Shown here: one piece after another, positions 25,077 to 32,000 of the stretch
Layout of the letters: each line of letters starts with the position of its first letter
Position numbering within the stretch: position 1 is the first letter of the stretch
The notes under the pieces: model-generated
Told to the model about the DNA's origin: nothing
The model's input: only the letters and a program-made list of their open reading frames with translations
Databases searched by the model: none
Assembly (NCBI GenBank): GCA_944363715.1
Contig: CALVUX010000006.1
Span: 41,783 to 73,782 of the forward strand
Direction of reading: 5' to 3'
Length of the DNA stretch: 32,000 nucleotides
From: an uncultured Bacilli bacterium
Lineage (GTDB): Bacteria > Bacillota_I > Bacilli_A > RF39 > UBA660
Program-made: the position numbers and the translations under genes

Positions 25077-26998
25077 TATCTTCTTATACCTCCTTCTGAC
25101 ATTTCAGCAAGTTTTACTTCTGCAAGTCTTTCTAATTTACTTTCATCGCCATGTGTCCATAAAGCATCAAAAATCGCCCCAAACTCTGCTCCTAATCCTG
25201 TAACAAAACCTCTTACTTTTTCCAAGTTGTTATCATCAACTTGTGATAATCCCATAGTTGTTGCATATCTTTCTGCTGTATTTAATGCTTGTATGTCTCT
25301 TTGGGTATAATTTTCATTTATTACATCATCTAGTGTTATAACTTGTTGATTACAAAATTGTACAAATTCTCTTGTTATATCCTCTCCTACTAATGCTCTT
25401 AACATTTCTGGACTTCCTGTTGCGTATAACATTTTAGAAGCCATTTCCCATTTTCTTGGATCTGCATTAGGTTTTTCACCATCATATTTACTTCTTAATG
25501 TTTCGCCTTTTTTATAAGCAATATATGAATAAATAGCAGGGTGTATATTATGTTCACTTGCCCATTTTAACCAACTTTCAGCAGTTGTTTTAATATAAAC
25601 ATGAGCAAATCTATTAAATAATGGTTCTGCTAATTGATTTGCCGCTAATGAATCTTTCATATCATTTCCTGCTGCAACAATTCTTGCATTATCTGGTAAT
25701 TTCCAAATACCATTAACTTCTCTATCTAATACTATATTAAATGCTATACCTTGAATACTTGGTAGTGCATTTGTAATTTCATCTAAAAATACAATATGAA
25801 ATCTATCTGGCTCTTTTTCGCATTTTTCTTCTAATTTTTTTAACCAACTTGGCTTAACATCAATCATCTCACCTGTTGCTTGATTGTAAACACTTTTACC
25901 ATTTAAACTTTCTGGTGTCGCATTTCTTAGATAAATAATTACACAATCAGGATCTATTTGTTTTACCCTTGCAGATTTACCTTCTGATGAAGGGCCATGC
26001 AAGAATACTGCTATACCACTTTCTATTGCACCCTTAATAATTTCTTCTTCACTAACTTGTCCAAATTTTAAACCATAAGGATTTCTTCTTTTTTCAGCTT
26101 GTTTTCTTTCTTCTTCAAATTGAGTTTTTTCTTCTGGTGTCATATCTTGAATACGAGTAAATGTTGCTGTTTGAGTCAAATCGCGTATCATATATCTATC
26201 AAGATATTCCTTCATTTCTGTTCTACTAAAATCACCTTTATAATTATGATTTCTATCAAGAAATCTTATTCCAGAAACTAACCCTAATTTTGATACTAAT
26301 ATTCCTGTTCTATCATCAATTAACCATTTTACAGGCGATACTTCTACCCAAACATAATCGCCATCTCTATATTTAACACCATTTGAAAGTTTAAATTTAT
26401 TTCCACCAAAATCAGAATTTGCTCTTATACGAATATATCTCTTTCCTTGATATTCATATTCTTCATAAGTTACTGGTTTGAATCCTGTATCATAATCATC
26501 ATATTTTACTGAATCAAATGTATAACTTCTTCCGGTTTTATTCATTCCTCTATTATATTCTGATTCTAATATACTTTGCATTCTTGAATCAGCAGCATAT
26601 TGTGGATATTCTCCATATTCTACTTCTTCAGTTCCGTTGTATCCCCTCACTCTGTTCGGGAAGATTTGAGAAAATATTACAGAAGATTGCAAAGCTGGGC
26701 GAACAACACCATTGCGTGCGTAGCTATATAAGCTGCTCCTATAACCATCCTTATTGACCGCGCGGACATCATTATCGTTATCATCAGATCTAGTCCAAAA
26801 CCAACTAGTTCTGCCTTTTAAAGAACTATCTTCATTAATATTATAATCTGTATCTTCGCATAAATAGCTACCTGTCAATACACATAAATCTGTGATTGCA
26901 GCTTTTGTTCCATACTTTCTTATTACTTCTAATTGAGATTCTTTATTATTACCCCAAATTTGTCCTTCCGACAATAAAGTTAAATCTTGATTATTCAT
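25076..26998 (-). CDS. DGR target protein: N-terminal VR-bearing domain fused to a MoxR/AAA_5-type ATPase
   Basis: Start placed at ATG 26998 (MNNQDL), 8 nt after GGTGA. No signal peptide. The VR encodes VRAVNKDGYRSSLYSYARNGVVRPAL. ATPase motifs: GPSSEGKS (Walker A), IVFLDEI (Walker B), VAAGN (sensor 1) and LFNRF. Confidence 0.85.
   Translation of the reverse strand: MNNQDLTLLSEGQIWGNNKESQLEVIRKYGTKAAITDLCVLTGSYLCEDTDYNINEDSSLKGRTSWFWTRSDDNDNDVRAVNKDGYRSSLYSYARNGVVRPALQSSVIFSQIFPNRVRGYNGTEEVEYGEYPQYAADSRMQSILESEYNRGMNKTGRSYTFDSVKYDDYDTGFKPVTYEEYEYQGKRYIRIRANSDFGGNKFKLSNGVKYRDGDYVWVEVSPVKWLIDDRTGILVSKLGLVSGIRFLDRNHNYKGDFSRTEMKEYLDRYMIRDLTQTATFTRIQDMTPEEKTQFEEERKQAEKRRNPYGLKFGQVSEEEIIKGAIESGIAVFLHGPSSEGKSARVKQIDPDCVIIYLRNATPESLNGKSVYNQATGEMIDVKPSWLKKLEEKCEKEPDRFHIVFLDEITNALPSIQGIAFNIVLDREVNGIWKLPDNARIVAAGNDMKDSLAANQLAEPLFNRFAHVYIKTTAESWLKWASEHNIHPAIYSYIAYKKGETLRSKYDGEKPNADPRKWEMASKMLYATGSPEMLRALVGEDITREFVQFCNQQVITLDDVINENYTQRDIQALNTAERYATTMGLSQVDDNNLEKVRGFVTGLGAEFGAIFDALWTHGDESKLERLAEVKLAEMSEGGIRR
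26689..26768 (-). repeat. DGR variable repeat (VR)
   Basis: 80-nt gapless match to 28293-28372 with 10 mismatches, all opposite template adenines (minus strand). It lies in frame inside the target CDS. Confidence 0.9.
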
Positions 26999-27063
26999 TT
27001 TTATCATCACCACATCTATATTTTACCATATGAAATCATTTTTTCTTACTATTTTTGCGAATT

Positions 27064-28092
27064 TTATATTTTTTTATCTAAATTGGATAATAATTTGTCC
27101 ATACTCTTTTCATTAGAATGTTTTAAATGTGCTTTAAAAGCGTTAATTCTCATACCAACATATTCTTCATCAATTACGGATTTATCTTTAAGTTTTCTTA
27201 TGGTTTTAATATGTTTTCTCATTCTCTGCTTAGATGAAAACCTAAGTTTTCTAATAACCTTACCACTATTTGTTAAAATATGATTAAAACCTAAAAAATC
27301 AATTCCATTATATGCAAGTCCTATTTGTGTTTTTTGATTAAGTTCCAAATCTAATTTTTCAATACAAACTTTATTTATTTTTTCTAAACAATATTGTAAA
27401 TACTTTTTATCACGATGAAGTAGAATAAAATCATCCATATATCTTACGTAACTTTTAATTTGCAATTCTTCTTTGATCAATCTATCAATTCTATCAAGAT
27501 AGTATAAAGCAAACCATTGACTTGATTGATTACCTAATGCTAACCCCCTTTCTAAATTATCAGGTTGTTCGTTTATAATTTTTTTTATAAACCAAAATTC
27601 ATCATCTGTAAAGTCAATCCTTTTTAGATTATTTATTAAAATATTATGGTTAATACTAGGAAAATATTTGCGAATATCACATTTCAAATAATAGACTTTA
27701 TTATCATTATTCTTAAAATATTCTTTTTGCAAAAAATATTTCAATCTATCCATTCCATATTTTGTTCCTTTGCCTTTTCTACAAGCAACATTATCATTTA
27801 TTAGTTTTTTTTCAATCTTTGGAATTAAAACATTATCGCAAAAACATCTTAATACAATTCTATCTCTATATGGAAGAGCTTGTATTAATCTTTCTTTTGG
27901 TTCATATATTATAAATTCCTTATATTTTCCTACTTTATATTTCCTTGATATTATTTCTTTTTGTAATTTATAAATATTCTCTGAAATGTTTACTTCAAAT
28001 CTTATAATTTCACCTTTATGTTGTTTTGATCTTCTACATTTTTTATGTGCATCATATAAGTTTTCAAAGCTAAATATATTTTCTAAATTCAT
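27064..28092 (-). CDS. DGR reverse transcriptase
   Basis: ATG 28092 (MNLENIFSFENL) follows GGTGGTGA. RT motifs include LGNQSSQ (DGR-type [ILV]GxxxSQ) and YMDDFILL (YxDD). At 342 aa it has no maturase or endonuclease extension. It lies immediately 3' of the TR. Confidence 0.92.
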   Translation of the reverse strand: MNLENIFSFENLYDAHKKCRRSKQHKGEIIRFEVNISENIYKLQKEIISRKYKVGKYKEFIIYEPKERLIQALPYRDRIVLRCFCDNVLIPKIEKKLINDNVACRKGKGTKYGMDRLKYFLQKEYFKNNDNKVYYLKCDIRKYFPSINHNILINNLKRIDFTDDEFWFIKKIINEQPDNLERGLALGNQSSQWFALYYLDRIDRLIKEELQIKSYVRYMDDFILLHRDKKYLQYCLEKINKVCIEKLDLELNQKTQIGLAYNGIDFLGFNHILTNSGKVIRKLRFSSKQRMRKHIKTIRKLKDKSVIDEEYVGMRINAFKAHLKHSNEKSMDKLLSNLDKKI

Positions 28093-28292
28093 ATAATCAC
28101 CACCAAAAAAGTGCCCCTTTTTAACCTTCAAAAATACATACATATCGTTGTTGGTGTGAGCACTAAAATCTATCCACCGCACTATTATAGCGGTTAGAAA
28201 AGTAAATAATTCCTTTGCTTTAAAGTACTGATATATTTTACTTAAAATATATTTCTCTGACCTGTTTTTTAGATTTTATAATCTCTTCAAAA

Positions 28293-28372
28293 GCAAATCT
28301 GGGCGAACAACACCATTGCGTTTGTATCTATATTTGTTGTTCCTATTACCATTCTTATTGACCGCGCGGACA
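28293..28372 (-). repeat. DGR template repeat (TR)
   Basis: Intergenic copy between the Avd-like gene and the RT. Read in the VR frame it gives the Asn-rich VRAVNKNGNRNNKYRYKRNGVVRPDL. Confidence 0.9.
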
Positions 28373-28384
28373 AAGACAAAGCCC

Positions 28385-28418
28385 TGCGCCAAAGGCGCAA
28401 AACTAGCAATGCCGCTAG
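28385..28418 (-). other. Two GC-rich hairpins between avd and the TR
   Basis: TGCGCC-AAA-GGCGCA (28385-28399) and CTAGC-N6-GCTAG (28403-28418). They are conspicuous in AT-rich DNA and may be part of the DGR RNA. Confidence 0.5.
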
Positions 28419-28462
28419 AATAAATTATTTACTTAATTAAAAACCTTTCGGTTTAAAATCCT

Positions 28463-29050
28463 TTAATTATTTGTACGACTGTTCCATCTAGAATCGTCGC
28501 TTTTCTTCCATGCAGCTATTAAGTTAATAGATTCACCAATTTGAATAGAGATTTGTTTAAATTGCCTAGATAAAATACAATTTGAATTTTCTGCTACCAT
28601 TGAAATATATCCTAGCATTTTTAACTTTACTATTGCATCCTTTTGATATTCTTCTCTCTTTTTTTTATTATCTAAGCAATCTATTCTTACAAAATTTGCT
28701 TGTAAAAGCAACTCTAATATTTCTAATGATAAATTTTGCATGCGATTAACAAACACCCCTCTATATTTAGCTGGAGATTTTTCAGTAACTGCAATTATAT
28801 AAGCTCCTAATTTTTTTACAACTGTAATAACCATTAAATCATTTGCATTAAATGGAATCTTTTCAATTCTTTCTAATTCACCATCTTTTTCAATATTTTC
28901 TTTTACTTTATTCTTATTAAATTTTTGATTATTTGCTGTTGCCAGAGCTTGTTTTACTGCAACTTTGTCATCAACACTATTTAAATTATCAATAGTATTT
29001 TCTAATGTTTTTGGAACTTTAAGATTGTTGGTTCTACTAACTTGTAACAT
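28463..29050 (-). CDS. avd: Avd-like accessory variability determinant with an N-terminal extension
   Basis: The C-terminal ~125 aa (KSPAKYRGVFVNRMQNLSLEILELLLQAN...KMLGYISMVAE...INLIAAWKKS) fit the four-helix-bundle Avd pattern. The gene sits directly 5' of the TR. Start placed at ATG 29050. Confidence 0.7.
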   Translation of the reverse strand: MLQVSRTNNLKVPKTLENTIDNLNSVDDKVAVKQALATANNQKFNKNKVKENIEKDGELERIEKIPFNANDLMVITVVKKLGAYIIAVTEKSPAKYRGVFVNRMQNLSLEILELLLQANFVRIDCLDNKKKREEYQKDAIVKLKMLGYISMVAENSNCILSRQFKQISIQIGESINLIAAWKKSDDSRWNSRTNN

Positions 29051-29172
29051 CAAATCACGCCCTTTTCTATATAAATATAACTTAATTACAATATAAAGCA
29101 CTTCCATAGTATTAGAAGTGTCTTAAAAAGGTAGATTTAGGTACTGCTAACTACTACTTATATATTTTATTT

Positions 29173-29661
29173 TTAATTGTTTAAAAAATAACTTACAACT
29201 GATAGTTCTAAAACTATCCACAATATTGTTTTTCTAATATTTTTTTCCTCAATCAAATTACTTATACAATATTCTTTTACATATGAAATTTTTACAGGTA
29301 ATTTAATCTTTCTACCATTTATACCAATTATTTTTAAAATCAAATCAGACGCTATACAACTGCCTTCTTCAAAAATAGCCCCATTTTCTTCTTTATTATC
29401 ATAAAAAAATTCAGTTACATCATCAACTAATCTATTATTTTCTCTAAATTTATCTACCTTACTACTTTTCTGTATTTCTTCTAATTTTGCATTAATTAAT
29501 TGTTCTAATACATTTTCTACTTCTTCATTAGATAAGTTATTTAATGAAGAAGTAAGTTCTTCTAAATCATAATAATATTTGATTGAGGTAATAATTTTAA
29601 TTTTGTCATCTAAAATTTCTGATATTTTTTTTACATATTCATTTAAATTTTCTTTTTTCAT
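29173..29661 (-). CDS. Hypothetical protein with a C-terminal hydrophobic segment
   Basis: AAGGAG RBS lies 6 nt before ATG 29661. No motif recognised. Confidence 0.55.
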   Translation of the reverse strand: MKKENLNEYVKKISEILDDKIKIITSIKYYYDLEELTSSLNNLSNEEVENVLEQLINAKLEEIQKSSKVDKFRENNRLVDDVTEFFYDNKEENGAIFEEGSCIASDLILKIIGINGRKIKLPVKISYVKEYCISNLIEEKNIRKTILWIVLELSVVSYFLNN

Positions 29662-29769
29662 ATCTAGCTCCTTTTTCTTTACTTTATTATTATAACATAT
29701 TTTCAACGAATAGCATTCGGTTTTTTAGTTAAATTAATATTTAATGGGAAAATATTATTGGTGATAACT

Positions 29770-30219
29770 ATGTTTGATAATAATATAAGATATTGTAGAG
29801 AAGAATTAGAGATGACACAAGCTGAACTTGGTTATATATTTGGAGTATCAGATTCAGCTGTTCGCTCTTGGGAAACTGCCCATGACTCTATACCATTACC
29901 AAAACTTATTAAATTTTGTAATATGTATGATTATTCATTGGATTTCGTATGTGGTTTAATAAGAAATAATATTAAATATGGGAAATTTACAACTGACAAA
30001 ATTAAAATAAGTAAAAAACTAAAAGAATTAAGAAACAAATTAGGAATTTCCCAACAAAAATTATCTGATGATTGCAAAATTTCACAAACTACTTATAGTG
30101 GTTATGAAACAGGTAACTATTTAATTAACACAACGAATTTATACTATATATGTAAAACCTATAATGTATCAATGGATTGGGTAGTTGGTAGAACGAATAA
30201 TTCTAAAATTAATAGATAA
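29770..30219 (+). CDS. XRE-family regulator with two tandem HTH domains
   Basis: MTQAELGYIFGVSDSAVRSWE and ISQQKLSDDCKISQTTYSGYE modules. GGTGA RBS before ATG 29770. Same architecture as 11662-12108. Confidence 0.8.
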   Translation: MFDNNIRYCREELEMTQAELGYIFGVSDSAVRSWETAHDSIPLPKLIKFCNMYDYSLDFVCGLIRNNIKYGKFTTDKIKISKKLKELRNKLGISQQKLSDDCKISQTTYSGYETGNYLINTTNLYYICKTYNVSMDWVVGRTNNSKINR

Positions 30220-30258
30220 AAAGCGAGAGTATGCTATAAAAATAACATATTCTCGCTT

Positions 30259-30654
30259 TTATAGTATATTTAATGAATAATAATAGTCATATACATTTAA
30301 TTGATTATTAACTTTAATATTAATTTCATTATTATTAAAATCATATTGAAAAATATTAAATAACATTTCAACAGAAAACTTTTGTTTTTCCAATAATGAT
30401 AATTCCATATGCTTTGCTGAAATAAATAGTAGATTATTATATTTAGCAGAGTTGGTGATTAACTTTTTAGAGTTAGGATCAAGTATTAATAATACTTCTT
30501 GAAATAACTTAATAAAATTATCAATATTATAGTTTGGTACAAATCCTAAATTTTCAAATAAATTTATTGCTAATCTAACTTTATCAATACCACTTAACTT
30601 ATCTACCATATTAACTAATGTTATAACATTTTCAGTATTATTACTTAATAACAT
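30259..30654 (-). CDS. Hypothetical protein
   Basis: 131-aa ORF with an AAAGGA RBS. No motif recognised. Confidence 0.5.
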   Translation of the reverse strand: MLLSNNTENVITLVNMVDKLSGIDKVRLAINLFENLGFVPNYNIDNFIKLFQEVLLILDPNSKKLITNSAKYNNLLFISAKHMELSLLEKQKFSVEMLFNIFQYDFNNNEINIKVNNQLNVYDYYYSLNIL

Positions 30655-30830
30655 AATATCATCCTTTCTTTTTTTGTCATTTAAGGCAATTTATTTTAAG
30701 ATACAGATAAGATATTAAGCCTTACATTAAAACTCCAATATAGGCGATTTAATAGGGTTAAATATCTTTTTTTCTGTACTTATATTTATCACTCTAAAAA
30801 GTAAAAAAATCAATACTATTTTTTATCTTT

Positions 30831-32000
30831 TTATCTACTTAAATCAAAGTCATCAGATTTCTCATAATCTTTTTCTAATTCATCTATATCCTTAACTCTT
30901 GTTTTTAAATAATCTGGTGCCTCTATATAATCAAATAATTCATCTTGTTTAGTTGTTCCTCTAGATATTTTAATTACATCATTCATATCAAAATCATTAT
31001 TATCATAATAATCTTTAACTTCAAGAGTTGTTTCGTCTTTTGCCTTTTCATTACCAAATTGTAATATCTTTCTAAAAAATTTTTTAATTGCTTCTAATAT
31101 TGCTTCAATATAGGTTCTTAATTTATTATTTTCATCAGTCAAGGTTTGATTTCTAGTAGTAAGAGATTTAACTTCTTTTTTTAAATTTGTATTTTCTTTT
31201 TCTAGTATTTGATGACTTTTAGTAAATGTTTTTACTTCATTAAATAATTGTTCTATTTTAGGTTGAAATTCTAATACTTTTTTAGTTTCTTTAATAACAT
31301 TATTCATAGATTCAAAGGTTTCGTTTTTAACCTTAATATATTCATTACCAAAAATAGTATTTTTACTAGATTTCATTTTATCATTTAAATCGCTTATGGC
31401 TTGTTCTAAATTTTTATTAATAGTTTCCACTTTATTTTCATAATATCTGGTTGTTTTCTTTAATTCTTTTGTTTTTAAATGTTCTCTACCACTTCCTTTA
31501 ATACCTCTTTCTAAATCAAATCCTTTTTCAGTTAATCGTTCGTGATACTTATCTTGTAATTGAGATAGATGTATTTTATCTTTTATAAATTGCTTTTTTG
31601 ATATTGTCCATCTTTCAGTATTAGTTCTTTTATCTAATTTTTTAACAAGTGGTACTACTACACAATGAATATGTGGTGATTTTTCATCTAAATGAATAGT
31701 CGCGTGAAGTATTTGTTCTTTCTTATAACCTAAATCATTATAAACAAACTCCATACAAGTATTTGCCCACTTCATTAAATGATCATTACTCATATTTTCA
31801 AAGAATTTAGGTGAAGCAGTAAATAATAATTCATCTGCTACACAATTTCTTGATTGATTAAGCATTTGAGTATAACTTCTTTGTCTTTCTTTTCTTTCAG
31901 TTTTTTGTTTTTCATTATGTTGTTTTTCATACTCTTTTGTTATCTCTTTAAATCTTTTAACATATTTATAATTTAATGGTACTAATTCTAAATTTTTATA
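30831..32000 (-). CDS. mob: MOBV-family (Mob_Pre) relaxase, 5' end outside window
   Basis: HLDEKSPHIHCVVVP matches the HxDE...PHxH relaxase motif. Long C-terminal coiled coil. The frame stays open upstream of the tracked Met to base 32000 (...YKNLELVPLNYKYVKRF...). Confidence 0.85.
   Translation of the reverse strand, partial: YKNLELVPLNYKYVKRFKEITKEYEKQHNEKQKTERKERQRSYTQMLNQSRNCVADELLFTASPKFFENMSNDHLMKWANTCMEFVYNDLGYKKEQILHATIHLDEKSPHIHCVVVPLVKKLDKRTNTERWTISKKQFIKDKIHLSQLQDKYHERLTEKGFDLERGIKGSGREHLKTKELKKTTRYYENKVETINKNLEQAISDLNDKMKSSKNTIFGNEYIKVKNETFESMNNVIKETKKVLEFQPKIEQLFNEVKTFTKSHQILEKENTNLKKEVKSLTTRNQTLTDENNKLRTYIEAILEAIKKFFRKILQFGNEKAKDETTLEVKDYYDNNDFDMNDVIKISRGTTKQDELFDYIEAPDYLKTRVKDIDELEKDYEKSDDFDLSR

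Larger units (their letters stand above)
17523..32000. mobile_element. Integrative mobilizable element (left end near 17.52 kb; right end outside window)
   Basis: A large serine recombinase lies next to the truncated host gene. The element also has Bro-N, SSB-like and wHTH genes, a cI-like switch and a MobV relaxase. No capsid, terminase, tail or T4SS genes are present. Confidence 0.6.

Noticed and set aside
26641-26688. Hairpin immediately 3' of the VR, expected by analogy with the Bordetella phage target
   Set aside because: Only a 4-bp TCCC/GGGA pairing and a direct GAAGATT repeat were found. This is not convincing as a cruciform.
27064-28182. The RT considered as a retron or group II intron reverse transcriptase
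   Set aside because: A TR/VR pair with adenine-only differences flanks it. It has the DGR-type LGNQSSQ motif. It has no maturase or endonuclease extension and no intron-like RNA domains or msr/msd-type inverted repeats were seen nearby. The first 30 tracked codons (28093-28182) lack an RBS and are probably not translated.
28441-28454. AAACC-TTTC-GGTTT hairpin considered as an avd terminator
   Set aside because: The stem is only 5 bp. A terminator here would also cut avd off from the TR and RT, which are expected to be co-transcribed.
17523-32000. The region considered as a prophage
   Set aside because: Bro-N, a cI-like repressor and an integrase look phage-like. But there are no terminase, portal, capsid, tail or lysis genes in 14.5 kb, and a MOBV relaxase is present. 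An integrative mobilizable element fits better, although the right end is unseen.

Overview
Very AT-rich, low-GC Bacillota-like DNA using the standard genetic code (TGA acts as a stop). No rRNA, tRNA or CRISPR array was seen. Bases 1 to ~17.5 kb look chromosomal: a lipoprotein, a repeat-domain surface protein, corA, a Zn-ribbon/HExxH protein, fhs, tmk, a thioester-domain adhesin with its own sortase, an N-domain-less clpB behind a CIRCE operator, an S41 protease, an Rpn-like PD-(D/E)XK nuclease and a DUF4143-type ATPase. At ~17.52 kb a LolA/YdcC-like gene loses its 5' third and an integrative mobilizable element begins. The element carries a Bro-N protein, a large serine recombinase, SSB-like and wHTH proteins, a cI-like XRE switch and a MobV relaxase that runs off the right edge. 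No phage structural genes are present. The element's cargo is the main result: a complete diversity-generating retroelement (DGR) on the minus strand, made of an Avd-like gene (28463-29050), a template repeat (28293-28372) and an RT (27064-28092). The matching variable repeat (26689-26768) differs from the template at 10 positions, and all 10 are template adenines. The variable repeat lies near the N-terminus of a protein with no signal peptide that is fused to a MoxR-type AAA+ ATPase. That gene is translationally coupled to a degenerate AAA-like ORF and followed by a metallopeptidase/VWA (DUF2201-like) protein with a ~200-aa Q/S/E-rich linker. This looks like an intracellular NTPase-vWA machine with a hypervariable sensor domain, possibly a conflict or defence system. 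That function is inference. A second, orphan adenine-depleted VR-like tail on a truncated FGE-sulfatase-type fragment sits at 11160-11290, next to a paralogue of the element's double-HTH regulator. All family assignments come from motif recognition by eye; no database search was possible.
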